A stretch of 64,000 nt of DNA from Eledone cirrhosa (taxonomy: Eukaryota), in contig OZ024764.1 of the NCBI GenBank assembly GCA_964016885.1, forward strand, positions 3,720,001 through 3,784,000, written 5' to 3'. The position numbers were made by a program, and so were the translations under genes. The notes under the pieces are model-generated. The model ran no database searches. It was not told the DNA's origin and worked only from the letters and a program-made list of their open reading frames with translations. Below, one piece after another: positions 39,350 to 52,710 of this stretch (position 1 is its first letter; each line of letters starts with the position of its first letter).

Positions 39350-42300
39350 TCTGTCTCTCTCTTTATGGAGGCACATGCACTGTCTCTCTCTTTATGGAGG
39401 CACATGCACTGTCTCTCTCTTTATGGAGGCACATGTACTGTCTCTCTCTTTATGGAGGCACATGCACAGTCTCTCTCTTTATGTACACATGTACTGTCTC
39501 TCTCTTTATGGAGGCACATGCACTGTCTCTCTCTTTATGGAGGCACATGCACTGTCTCTCTCTTTATGTACACATGTACTGTCTCTCTCTTTATGGAGGC
39601 ACATGCACTGTCTCTCTCTTTATGGAGGCACATGTACTGTCTCTCTCTTTATGTACACATGTACTGTCTCTCTCTTTATGGAGGCACATTCACTGTCTCT
39701 CTCTTTATGGAGGCACATGTACTGTCTCTCTCTTTATGTACACATGTACTGTCTCTCTCTTTATGGAGGCACATGTACTGTCTCTCTCTTTATGGAGGCA
39801 CATGTACTGTCTCTCTCTTTATGTACACATGTACTGTCTCTCTCTTTATGGAGGCACATGTACTGTCTCTCTCTTTATGGAGGCACATGTACTGTCTCTC
39901 TCTTTATGGAGGCACATGTACTGTCTCTCTCTTTATGGAGGCACATGCACTGTCTCTCTCTTTATGTACACATGTACTGTCTCTCTCTTTATGGAGGCAC
40001 ATGCACTGTCTCTCTCTTTATGTACACATGTACTGTCTCTCTCTTTATGGAGGCACATGTACTGTCTCTCTCTTTATGGAGGCACATGCACTGTCTCTCT
40101 CTTTATGTACACATGTACTGTCTCTCTCTTTATGGAGGCACATGTACTGTCTCTCTCTTTATGGAGGCACATGTACTGTCTCTCTCTTTATGGAGGCACA
40201 TGCACTGTCTCTCTCTTTATGTACACATGTACTGTCTCTCTCTTTATGGAGGCACATGCACTGTCTCTCTCTTTATGGAGGCACATGCACTGTCTCTCTC
40301 TTTATGGAGGCACATGTACTGTCTCTCTCTTTATGTACACATGTACTGTCTCTCTCTTTATGGAGGCACATGTACTGTCTCTCTCTTTATGGAGGCACAT
40401 GTACTGTCTCTCTCTTTATGGAGGCACATGTACTGTCTCTCTCTTTATGGAGGCACATGCACTGTCTCTCTCTTTATGTACACATGTACTGTCTCTCTCT
40501 TTATGGAGGCACATGCACTGTCTCTCTCTTTATGGAGGCACATGTACTGTCTCTCTCTTTATGTACACATGTACTGTCTCTCTCTTTATGGAGGCACATG
40601 TACTGTCTCTCTCTTTATGGAGGCACATGTACTGTCTCTCTCTTTATGGAGGCACATGCACTGTCTCTCTCTTTATGGAGGCACATGCACTGTCTCTCTC
40701 TTTATGGAGGCACATGCACTGTCTCTCTCTTTATGGAGGCACATGCACTGTCTCTCTCTTTATGTACACATGTACTGTCTCTCTCTTTATGGAGGCACAT
40801 GTACTGTCTCTCTCTTTATGTACACATGTACTGTCTCTCTCTTTATGGAGGCACATGCACTGTCTCTCTCTTTATGGAGGCACATGTACTGTCTCTCTCT
40901 TTATGTACACATGTACTGTCTCTCTCTTTATGGAGGCACATGTACTGTCTCTCTCTTTATGGAGGCACATGCACTGTCTCTCTCTTTATGGAGGCACATG
41001 TACTGTCTCTCTCTTTATGGAGGCACATGTACTGTCTCTCTCTTTATGGAGGCACATGCACTGTCTCTCTCTTTATGGAGGCACATGCACTGTCTCTCTC
41101 TTTATGGAGGCACATGCACTGTCTCTCTCTTTATGGAGGCACATGTACTGTCTCTCTCTTTATGGAGGCACATGTACTGTCTCTCTTTATGGAGGCACAT
41201 GCACTGTCTCTCTCTTTATGGAGGCACATGTACTGTCTCTCTCTTTATGTACACATGTACTGTCTCTCTCTTTATGGAGGCACATGTACTGTCTCTCTCT
41301 TTATGGAGGCACATGTACTGTCTCTCTCTTTATGGAGGCACATGTACTGTCTCTCTCTTTATGTACACATGTACTGTCTCTCTCTTTATGGAGGCACATG
41401 CACTGTCTCTCTCTTTATGTACACATGTACTGTCGCTCTCTTTATGGAGGCACATGTACTGTCTCTCTCTTTATGTACACATGCACTGTCTCTCTCTTTA
41501 TGGAGGCACATGTACTGTCTCTCTCTTTATGGAGGCACATGCACTGTCTCTCTCTTTATGGAGGCACATGTACTGTCTCTCTCTTTATGGAGGCACATGT
41601 ACTGTCTCTCTCTTTATGTACACATGCACTGTCTCTCTCTTTATGGAGGCACATGTACTGTCTCTCTCTTTATGGAGGCACATGTACTGTCTCTCTCTTT
41701 ATGGAGGCACATGTACTGTCTCTCTCTTTATGGAGGCACATGTACTGTCTCTCTTTATGGAGGCACATGTACTGTCTCTCTCTTTATGTACACATGCACT
41801 GTCTCTCTCTTTATGGAGGCACATGTACTGTCTCTCTCTTTATGTACACATGTACTGTCTCTCTCTTTATGTACACATGCACTATCTCTCTCTTTATGGA
41901 GGCACATGTACTGTCTCTCTTTATGGAGGCACATGTACTGTCTCTCTCTTTATGTACACATGCACTGTCTCTCTCTTTATGGAGGCACATGTACTGTCTC
42001 TCTCTTTATGTACACATGTACTGTCTCTCTCTTTATGTACACATGCACTGTCTCTCTCTTTATGGAGGCACATGTACTGTCTCTCTCTTTATGGAGGCAC
42101 ATGTACTGTCTCTCTCTTTATGTACACATGCACTGTCTCTCTCTTTATGGAGGCACATGTACTGTCTCTCTCTTTATGGAGGCACATGTACTGTCTCTCT
42201 CTTTATGTACACATGCACTGTCTCTCTCTTTATGGAGGCACATGCACTGTCTCTCTCTTTATGGAGGCACATGCACTGTCTCTCTCTTTATGGAGGCACA

Positions 42301-45085
42301 TGTACTGTCTCTCTCTTTATGGAGGCACATGCACTGTCTCTCTCTTTATGGAGGCACATGTACTGTCTCTCTCTTTATGGAGGCACATGTACTGTCTCTC
42401 TCTTTATGGAGGCACATGTACTGTCTCTCTCTTTATGGAGGCACATGCACTGTCTCTCTCTTTATGGAGGCACATGCACTGTCTCTCTCTTTATGGAGGC
42501 ACATGTACTGTCTCTCTCTTTATGGAGGCACATGCACTGTCTCTCTCTTTATGGAGGCACATGTACTGTCTCTCTCTTTATGGAGGCACATGCACTGTCT
42601 CTCTCTTTATGGAGGCACATGCACTGTCTCTCTCTTTATGGAGGCACATGCACTGTCTCTCTCTTTATGGAGGCACATGTACTGTCTCTCTCTTTATGGA
42701 GGCACATGTACTGTCTCTCTCTTTATGGAGGCACATGTACTGTCTCTCTCTTTATGGAGGCACATGCACTGTCTCTCTCTTTATGTACACATGCACTGTC
42801 TCTCTCTTTATGGAGGCACATGCACTGTCTCTCTCTTTATGGAGGCACATGTACTGTCTCTCCCTTTATGGAGGCACATGCACTGTCTCTCTCTTTATGG
42901 AGGCACATGTACTGTCTCTCTCTTTATGGAGGCACATGCACTGCCTCTCTCTTTATGGAGGCACATGCACTGCCTCTCTCTTTATGGAGGCACATGCACT
43001 GTCTCTCTCTTTATGGAGGCACATGTACTGTCTCTCCCTTTATGGAGGCACATGCACTGTCTCTCTCTTTATGGAGGCACATGTACTGTCTCTCTCTTTA
43101 TGGAGGCACATGTACTGTCTCTCTCTTTATGGAGGCACATGCACTGTCTCTCTCTTTATGGAGGCACATGTACTGTCTCTCTCTTTATGTACACATGTAC
43201 TGTCTCTCTCTTTATGGAGGCACATGCACTGTCTCTCTCTTTATGGAGGCACATGTACTGTCTCTCTCTTTATGGAGGCACATGTACTGTCTCTCTCTTT
43301 ATGGAGGCACATGTACTGTCTCTCTCTTTATGGAGGCACATGTACTGTCTCTCTCTTTATGGAGGCACATGTACTGTCTCTCTCTTTATGTACACATGCA
43401 CTGCCTCTCTCTTTATGGAGGCACATGTACTGTCTCTCTCTTTATGGAGGCACATGTACTGTCTCTCTCTTTATGGAGGCACATGTACTGTCTCTCTCTT
43501 TATGGAGGCACATGTACTGTCTCTCTCTTTATGGAGGCACATGCACTGCCTCTCTCTTTATGGAGGCACATGTACTGTCTCTCTCTTTATGGAGGCACAT
43601 GCACTGTCTCTCTCTTTATGGAGGCACATGCACTGTCTCTCTCTTTATGTACACATGTACTGTCTCTCTCTTTATGGAGGCATATGCACTGTCTCTCTCT
43701 TTATGGAGGCACATGTACTGTCTCTCTCTTTATGGAGGCACATGTACTGTCTCTCTCTTTATGGAGGCACATGTACTGTCTCTCTCTTTATGGAGGCACA
43801 TGTACTGTCTCTCTCTTTATGGAGGCACATGCACTGTCTCTCTCTTTATGGAGGCACATGCACTGTCTCTCTCTTTATGGAGGCACATGTACTGTCTCTC
43901 TCTTTATGGAGGCACATGCACTGTCTCTCTCTTTATGGAGGCACATGCACTGTCTCTCTCTTTATGGAGGCACATGTACTGTCTCTCTCTTTATGGAGGC
44001 ACATGTACTGTCTCTCTCTTTATGTACACATGCACTGTCTCTCTCTTTATGTACACATGCACTGTCTCTCTCTTTATGTACACATGCAGTGTCTCTCTCT
44101 TTATGGAGGCACATGTACTGTCTCTCTCTTTATGGAGGCACATGTACTGTCTCTCTCTTTATGTACACATGCACTGTCTCTCTCTTTATGGAGGCACATG
44201 CACTGTCTCTCTCTTTATGGAGGCACATGTACTGTCTCTCTCTTTATGGAGGCACATGCACTGCCTCTCTCTTTATGGAGGCACATGTACTGTCTCTCTC
44301 TTTATGGAGGCACATGCACTGTCTCTCTCTTTATGTACACATGTACTGTCTCTCTCTTTATGGAGGCACATGCACTGTCTCTCTCTTTATGTACACATGT
44401 ACTGTCTCTCTCTTTATGGAGGCACATGTACTGTCTCTCTCTTTATGGAGGCACATGTACTGTCTCTCTCTTTATGGAGGCACATGTACTGTCTCTCTCT
44501 TTATGGAGGCACATGTACTGTCTCTCTCTTTATGGAGGCACATGTACTGTCTCTCTCTTTATGTACACATGCACTGTCTCTCTCTTTATGGAGGCACATG
44601 CACTGTCTCTCTCTTTATGTACACATGTACTGTCTCTCTCTTTATGGAGGCACATGTACTGTCTCTCTCTTTATGGAGGCACATGTACTGTCTCTCTCTT
44701 TATGGAGGCACATGTACTGTCTCTCTCTTTATGGAGGCACATGCACTGTCTCTCTCTTTATGTACACATGCACTGTCTCTCTCTTTATGGAGGCACATGC
44801 ACTGTCTCTCTCTTTATGTACACATGTACTGTCTCTCTCTCTTTATGGAGGCACATATACTGTCTCTCTCTTTATGGAGGCACATGTACTGTCTCTCTCT
44901 TTATGGAGGCACATGTACTGTCTCTCTCTTTATGGAGGCACATGTACTGTCTCTCTCTTTATGGAGGCACATGCACTGTCTCTCTCTTTATGTACACATG
45001 CACTGTCTCTCTCTTTATGGATGCACATGCACTGTCTCTCTCTTTATGTACACATGCACTGTCTCTCTCTTTATGGAGGCACATG
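39350..45085. repeat. 29/27-bp minisatellite, about 200 units
   Basis: Units ACTGTCTCTCTCTTTATGGAGGCACATG(C/T) and ACTGTCTCTCTCTTTATGTACACATG(C/T); the last unit runs into a SINE head. Confidence 0.97.
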
Positions 45086-46087
45086 GCTTAGTGGTTAGAA
45101 CATTGGCCTTGCAATCGAAAGGTTGTGAGTTCAATTCTCAGACACTTTATTTCACATTGCTCCAGTTTACTCAGCTGTAGAAATGAGATGATAGGGAGTG
45201 GGGTCCCTATCATTCCACTGCAAAGTGGTCGTGGAGGTGCCATGGCAAAAAAGCACCCAGCACTCACTGTAAATGAGGTTGGTGTTAGCTAACCCATGCT
45301 AGCGTGGAAGAACGGACGTAAAACGGTGATGATGATGATGATGATACATGCATACACACACACAAATGTATATATATATGCACACATGTAAAGGTGCATG
45401 GTTTAGTGATTAAAGCATTAGGCTTGCGACTGAGAGGTTGGGAGTTCGATTCCCGGACCAGGTGATGTGTTGTGCCCTTGAGCAAGACACTCTATTTCAC
45501 ATTGCTCCAGTTTACTCAGCTGTAGAAATGAGATGATAGGACTGGGGTCCATATCATTCCACTGCAAAGTGGTCGTGGAGGTGCCATGGTAAAAAAGCAC
45601 CCAGCACTCACTGTAAATGACGTTGGTGTTAGGTAGGGCATCCAGCTGTAGAAATCAAGCCAGAATCAGTTCCCGTCCCACCCTTGCAAGCAGGGAAAAG
45701 CGGGCGTAAAATGAAATGATGAGGATGAATGATGCACATATATATATTAGAAGCCCTTTTGGTTAATAAGGACCAGGGTTTTGTACCTAGAAAGTTCCTC
45801 TCCGAGGCACAACTCTGGACAAGGTTGTTTGTGAAAGACCAGCAGTCCCTCATACATACCAGTCTCACCTCTTCATGTCACCAATGTTGTCCAAAAGAAA
45901 GGCATTTCTACAGCTGAGTAAACTGGAGCAACGTGAAATAGAGTGTCTTGCTCAAGGACACAACACATCACCTGGTCCGGGAATCGAACTCCCAACCTCT
46001 CAGTCGCAAGCCTAATGCTTTAATCACTAAACCATGCACCTTTACATGTGTGCATATATATATATATTTGTGTGTGTGTATGCATGT

Positions 46088-46118
<31 letters not shown>

Positions 46119-46169
46119 CCGTTTTACGTCCGTTCTTCCACGCTAGCATGGGTTAGCTAACACCAACCT

Positions 46170-46960
46170 CATTTACAGTGAGTGCTGGGTGCTTTTTTGC
46201 CGTGGCACCTCCACGACCGCTTTACAGTGAGTGCTGGGTGCTTTTTTGCAGTGGCACCTCCACGACCGCTTTACAGTGAGTGCTGGGTGCTTTTTTGCCG
46301 TGGCACCTCCACGACCGCTTTACAGTGAGTGCTGGGTGCTTTTTTGCAGTGGCACCTCCACGACCACTTTACAGTGTGGGCTGGGTGCTTTTTTGCAGTG
46401 GTACCTCCACGGCCACTTTACAGTGAGTGCTGGGTGCTTTTTTGCTGTAGCACCTCCACGACCGCTTTACAGTGTGGGCTGGGTGCTTTTTTGCAGTGGC
46501 ACCTCCACAACCACTTTACAGTGTGTGCTGGGTGCTTTTTTGCAGTGGCACCTCCACGACCGCTTTACAGTGTGGGCTGGGTGCTTTTTTGCAGTGGCAC
46601 CTCCACGACCGCTTTACAGTGTGGGCTGGGTGCTTTTTTGCTGTAGCACCTCCACGACCGCTTTACAGTGAGTGCTGGGTACTTTTTTAGAGTGGCACCA
46701 CCACGACCGCTTTACAGTGTGGGCTGGGTGCTTTTTTGCAGTGGCACCTCCACGACCGCTTTACAGTGTGGGCTGGGTGCTTTTTTGCCGTGGCACCTCC
46801 ACGACCGCTTTACAGTGTGGGCTGGGTGCTTTTTTGCCGTGGCACCTCCACGACCGCTTTACAGTGAGTGCTGGGTACTTTTTTAGAGTGGCACCTCCAC
46901 GACCGCTTTACAGTGTGGGGTGGGTGCTTTTTTGCCGTGGCCCCTCCACGACCACTTTGC
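46170..46960 (-). repeat. 49-bp tandem array inside a SINE family 1 copy
   Basis: TTTACAGTG...GCTGGGTGCTTTTTTGC...TGGCACCTCCACGACCGC repeats, flanked by normal SINE sequence. Confidence 0.9.
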
Positions 46961-47557
46961 AGTGGAATGATAGGGACCCCAGTCCCTATCATCTCATTTC
47001 TACAGCTGAGTAAACTGGAGCAATGTGAAATAAAGTGTCTTGCTCAAGGAAACAACACATCACCCGGTCTGAGAATTGAACTCACAATGCTCTAGCCACT
47101 AAGCCATATATATAATTAGAAAGTGAACAACACAAAATATAACTACTCCATTACCAAAGGTTTCTGGATCTCAGACGAGAATATAATATCTCCATCTCAG
47201 ACAGAGATATTATAATATCTCTATTATAACATCTATGTCTGACAACCGATCCAGACGTATTTTATTATCGACTGTGATTCAGAAACCTTTGGTAATGGAG
47301 TAGTTATATTTTGTGTTGTTCACTTTCTAATCAAATAGCTCTGTTCTATACATAGAGCACTCTTTTTTCCTTTGCTTTTCCTTCGGTATTACCTAACACA
47401 TATGTGTCAATATATGTATAAAATTGTAACTGATATTAGCTATTCCTTCATCTAACCCATGCTAGCGTGGAAGATAGACGTTAAACAAAGATGATATATG
47501 TGTGTGTTGTATACATACTTAAATTTCATTCAGTGTGTATATTTTTCTGTTTTCAAG

Positions 47558-47605
47558 GATGGAACTAAGGCAGATCTGCCCAAGCAATATCTCAACTTTC
47601 CTGAT
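47558..47605 (+). CDS. NKIRAS: kappaB-Ras coding exon 3 (48 nt)
   Basis: TTTTCAAG|DGTKADLPKQYLNFPD|GTAAGT; fills the gap between DTAGL and GFVL, phase 0/0. Confidence 0.88.
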
Positions 47606-48245
47606 GTAAGTATTGCCTTCATCTTTGTTGTTGTAGTAGTCTATATATATACATATACATGGCTTAGTGGTTAGAGCATTGGGCTTGCAATCGAAAGGTT
47701 GTGAGTTCAATTCTCAGACCGGGTGATGTGTTGTTTCCTTGAGCAAGACACTTTATTTCACATTGCTCCAGTTTACTCAGCTGTAGAAATGAGATGATAG
47801 GGACTGGGGTCCCTATCATTCCACTGCAAAGTGGTCGTGGAGGTGCCACGGCAAAAAAGCACCCAGCACTCACTGTAAATGAGGTTGGGGTTAGGAAGGG
47901 CATCCAGCTGTAGAAATCAAGCCAGAATCAGTTCCCGTCCCACCCTTGCAAGCAGGGAAAAAGCAGACGTAAAATGATGATGATGATGATGATATATATA
48001 TATTATAATATTAATAATTGTTTCTACTATTGGCACAAGGCCAGCAATTACCCAGTACATTACTGGTACTTTATTTTAATAATAATAGTAATAATAATTT
48101 GTTGTTGTATATATATATATAGTAATAATAATAAATTTCAGAAGATCCCGTTAAGGGTGAAAGCAGCGATTCTTTGCTTAAACTTTAATCTGTTATTTTA
48201 ATAAATATATATATTCTCTTTTACCTGTTTCAGCCATATATATAT

Positions 48246-48680
48246 ATTAGGATTGGTGCTCTGAAATAGCGATGTATACATAAATGTATATATAGTATAT
48301 TTGGCATGTGTTATATACCTTGTGTTTAATTTAAAATATTTTGAAGATCTTGCGCTATCATTTTAAAGTATTAACTATGTCACTTACTTCATTGTTTTTG
48401 GCAAAGAAGGGAGAGAAGCTGACAGATTCTGTTTCACACTGTTGGTGTTCCTCAGAGCAAAGTACTCCCTGACTTCTGCCGAAAATTATAGAGGCTGGAT
48501 TCTTATAGAATTGCAGTAATAATCAGGAACTGATCATACAGAGCGATTGCCGGTCCAGCAAAAATTGAAAATTAGGATTGGTGCTCTGAAATATCGATGT
48601 ATACATTAATGTATGTATAGTATATTCGGTAATATACCATACATATGGTATATTGCCAAATATACTATACATACATTCAC
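48246..48680 (-). mobile_element. 325-nt terminally redundant non-coding unit (non-LTR retrozyme-like)
   Basis: 48246-48304 repeats at 48571-48629, followed by a short inversion; (AT)n flanks; full HHR inside. Confidence 0.75.
48408..48470 (-). ncRNA. canonical full-length type I hammerhead ribozyme
   Basis: AGGGAG-TACTTT-GCT-CTGAGGA-ACAC-CAACA-GTGT-GAA-ACAG-AAT-CTGT-C|AGC-TTCT-CTCCCT; GUC triplet, cut between 48421 and 48420. Confidence 0.88.
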
Positions 48681-48909
48681 ATATATATATATACAGGGTG
48701 CGGACGATATTTGTTCGCAAGATTACTGTCTAGGAAAAAATGTGAAATAAAGTGTCTTGCTCAAGGAAACAACATATCACACGGTCTGAGAATTGAACTC
48801 ACAACCTTTCGATTGCAAGGCCAATGCTCTAACCACTAAGCCATGTGCCTCCTTATATATATATATGTGTGTGTATATCAAATTAATATTTTCCTGTTGA
48901 TTTTTCCAG

Positions 48910-49005
48910 GGGTTTGTCTTGGCCTACGACATCACAAACTGGGAATCTTTCCAGCGTCTTGACAAACTAAAGAAAGATATTGACAAACACAGAGACAAGA
49001 AAGAG
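48910..49005 (+). CDS. NKIRAS: kappaB-Ras coding exon 4
   Basis: TTCCAG|GFVLAYDITNWESFQRLDKLKKDIDKHRDKKE|GTAAGT. Confidence 0.95.
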
Positions 49006-50816
49006 GTAAGTTTTGATGGTTACCTTCTTTATTTAAATGTGATGTGTATATATGTATGTGACTGGATATATATATATATAGTCACATATAGATGGAGGCA
49101 CATGGCTTAGTGGTTAGAGCATTGGGCTTGCAATCGAAAGGTTGTGAGTTTAATTCTCAGACCGGGTGATGTGTTGTTTCCTTGAGCAAGACACTTTATT
49201 TCACATTGCTCCAGTTTACTCAGCTGTAGAAATGAGATGATAGGGACTGGGGTCCCTATCATTCCACTGCAAAGTGGTCGTGGAGGTGCCACGGCAAAAA
49301 AGCACCCAGCACTCACTGTAAATGAGGTTGGTGTTAGGAAGGGCATCCAGCTGTAGAAATCAAGCCAGAATCAGTTCCCGTCCCACCCTTGCAAGCAGGA
49401 GAAGAGTGGACGTAAAATGAAATGAAATGATAGTCATACATGTATATCACAACATTATCATTATCATCATCGTTTAACATCTAACTTCCACGCTAGCATG
49501 GGTTTAGACGGGAGTTGTCCCACTTGAGGCAAGATTGGTCGGGTGACCATGTCTCGCTCGTATAGGACTATCTGGCAGGTTTTCTACGGCTGGATGCCCT
49601 TCCTAACACTAACCACATTTACAGTGTGGACTGGGAGGTTTTTACCATGTTGCCTACACGGCCACATTACAGCATGGACTGTGTGTTTTTTTTTTGTCGT
49701 GACACCTACACGACCTCATTTATTTAGGATGGGATGTTGTGGTACCAACATAGGGGCACTGGTGTCCTCTGGGAAATGGCCATCCTCAGTGTGTAGGAAA
49801 GGAGTAGGCAGAAACTCCATTTTATGTCCCAAATGCAAAGTATGGGTGCATAAAAGATGTAGTGGGATCACAAGTAAGCTAACTAAGAATATAGATTTTA
49901 TATGTGGCCAGTGCTCTGGTGCAATAAGTAGCTTACTTGTGATCCCACTACATCTTTTAACTGGGACAATCTAATAATGAAATCATCATTTTTCATAATT
50001 TTTATGTCTGCTTTTGCCTGCTTGCAAGGGTGGGACAGGAACTGATTCTGGTTTGATTTCTACAGCTGGATGCCCTTCCTAACACCAACCTCATTTACAG
50101 TGAGTGCTGGGTGCTTTTTTTCCGAGACGCCTACACGACCACTTTGCAGTGGAATGATAGGGAACCCAGTCCCTATCATCTCATTTTTACAGCTGAGTAA
50201 ACTGGAGCAATGTGAAATAAAGTGTCTTGCTCAAGGAAACAACACATCACCTGGTCTGAGAATTGAACTCACAACCTTTCGATTGCAAGGCCAATGCTCT
50301 AACCACTAAGCCATGTGCTTCCATATACATATGTATATGTGTGTGCATGGTGTCTGTCTTAACAAGTGTTGCTCGATGACCGAGAGAGTTAAAATAACTA
50401 AAATAATTAAATCAACTCCATCATCAGAGCTATTTATCATATATATATGCACATGGCTTAGTGGTTATAGCATTAGCCTTGCAATCGAAAGGTTGTGAGT
50501 TCAATTCTCAGACCGGGTGATGTGTTGTTTCCTTGAGCAAGACACTTTATTTCACATTGCTCCAGTTTACTCAGCTGTAGAAATGAGATGATAGGACTGG
50601 GGTCCCTATCATTCCACTGCAAAGTGGTCGTGGAGGTGCCACGGCAAAAAAGCACCCAGCACTCACTGTAAATGAGGTTGGTGTTAGGAAGAGCATCCAG
50701 CTGTAGAAATCAAGCCAGAATCAGTTCCCGTCCCACCCTTGCAAGCAGGGAAAAGTGGACGTAAAATGAAATGATGAAATGGTGAATGATATATATATGT
50801 GTGTGTGTGTGTGTAT

Positions 50817-51298
50817 ATGCGTACGAAAGGCCGGTTATACGATGTCTGTGTGAGATGTGTGATGCTGCATGGTAGTGAGACACGGGCAGCAACTGCAGAG
50901 GATATGCGACGACTGGAGAGAAATGAAGTAAGCATACGCCGTTGGATGTGCAATGTCAGTGTACGTGAACGACCGAGTATAGACGAGTTGAGAGAGAAAC
51001 TGTGTATAAGAGGGATAAGTTGTGGTGTGCGGGAGAGAAGGCTGAGATGGTATGGACGTGTGATGTATATGGAGGATGACCGATGGGTGAAGAAGTGCCA
51101 GGAAATGCCAGTTGAAGGAAGACGTGGTAGAGGTAGACCACGAAAAACATGGGCGGAGGTGGTGAGAACAGACCTCAGATTGCTGAAACTCACGGTGGAG
51201 ATGACGAAGGAGTGTGACAAGTGGAGAGATGCTGTGCTGAATAAGACCCGTCCCACCCTTGCAAGCAGGGAAAAATGGATGTATAATGGTGATGATGA
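50817..51298 (+). mobile_element. RTE LINE 3' end
   Basis: KGRLYDVCVR...MLHGSET...RRLRWYG...GRGRPRKTW; tail shared with SINE family 1. Confidence 0.88.
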
Positions 51299-51447
51299 TA
51301 TATATTCGTCCAACCCATGCTAGTGTGAAAAAATGGATGTAAAATGGTGATGATGATATATATGTGTGTGTTTCTGTCAAAAGAGACAGAGTTATGTTAA
51401 ACAAATCTCAGCTCGTCCACATATTTTCATCCCCTATTATATTACAG

Positions 51448-51541
51448 GTATTTATTATTGCCATTGGCAACAAGAAGGAGCTACAGGACTGTCGCCAGGT
51501 GGACTACAATACTGCACAGCTGTGGGCCAATAAAGAGAAAG
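51448..51541 (+). CDS. NKIRAS: kappaB-Ras coding exon 5
   Basis: TTACAG|VFIIAIGNKKELQDCRQVDYNTAQLWANKEK-G|GTAGGT, phase 1. Confidence 0.93.
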
Positions 51542-51547
51542 GTAGGT

Positions 51548-51946
51548 GCACCCTGTACACTCTGTAAAGTGGTAGTGTTGGTATCATGTTAAAATACACC
51601 CAGTACACTCTGTAAAGTGGTAGTGTTGGTGTCATGATAAAATGCACCCAGTATACTCTGTAAAGTGGTAGTATTGGCGTCATGATATAATACACCCAGT
51701 ACACTCTGTAAAGTGGTAGTGTTGGTGTCATGATAAAATACACCCAGTACACTCTGTAAAGTGGTAGTGTTGGTGTCATGATAAAATACACCCAGTACAC
51801 TCTGTAAAGTGGTAGTGTTGGTGTCATGATATAATACACCCAGTACACTCTGTAAAGTGGTAGTGTTGGTGTCATGATAAAATACACCCAGTACACTCTG
51901 TAAAGTGGTAGTGTGGTGTCATGATAAAATACACCCAGTACACTCT
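51548..51946. repeat. 48-bp tandem repeat, about 8 copies
   Basis: ACACCCAGTACACTCTGTAAAGTGGTAGTGTTGGTGTCATGATAAAAT, starting right after the exon 5 donor. Confidence 0.9.
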
Positions 51947-52273
51947 TTTGCTTGTTTACTGTAGTTAGTCACCACTCCTTCCTTCCACAGTTATCTCCCT
52001 TGCAATATTTAATGTATTACTAGTGAATGGGCACAATTATAATATTAATATGCAACCATTCATCACTCATAGACTTATATTGTATAGAAACATGTGTTAA
52101 AGAATGAATTTTTGAAAAACTTCTTCACTTCTTGTCTATACTTCACACCTAGTGTTTGTTTTTCCTACACATTAAATATATATATATATATATATATATA
52201 TACACTATATATGTTGTCCAAGAGAAAGGCAATGGCTGATACAGCTTGGTACAAGTGACATAACATATATATC

Positions 52274-52669
52274 CGAGGGCAATCCAAAAGTAAGGTCTCC
52301 TTCCAATATTGCAACTTTTCCGTTAAAATCCTGTGGATGGTGCTTCGGGAAACCTCAGGAACTAAAATGCAGAGAGCATCCAGAGTGATCCGCTGATCTT
52401 TACGCATGTTTTCCTCAGAAGGAGACCTTACTTTTGGGATTGCCCTCGTATATAAAAACTGCGCGAACTTCGCACTTGGCTGCGGTAGCGTTCAACGGGA
52501 GCTCCATTCTCAACGGGTGCCAAGCCAAGATTGAGCATCCCAGCGAAGCGCGCGTATGCTTGTTTGGGAGTGAAGGAAGCACCAATCACAACAGTGTTGC
52601 CAACAGCCGTACGAACAGTTTCTCTACGTCCCCGTCGCTTTGGAGACCTTACTTTTGGGATTACCCTCG
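52274..52669. mobile_element. mariner-type deletion derivative
   Basis: Terminal inverted repeat CGAGGGCAATCC(C)AAAAGTAAGGTCTCC at 52274, reverse copies ending 52448 and 52669 followed by TA; transposase-like fragment RITLDAL...VSRSTIHRILTEKLQY on the minus strand. Confidence 0.75.
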
Positions 52670-52710
52670 TATATGTGATTCTTTGAAGGTGAAAGGTACG
52701 AATTTTCCTG

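Noticed and set aside
39198-45180. Three overlapping ORFs of 1,900+ aa
   Set aside because: Stop-free 29/27-bp minisatellite within an intron; only 39240-39335 is a real exon.
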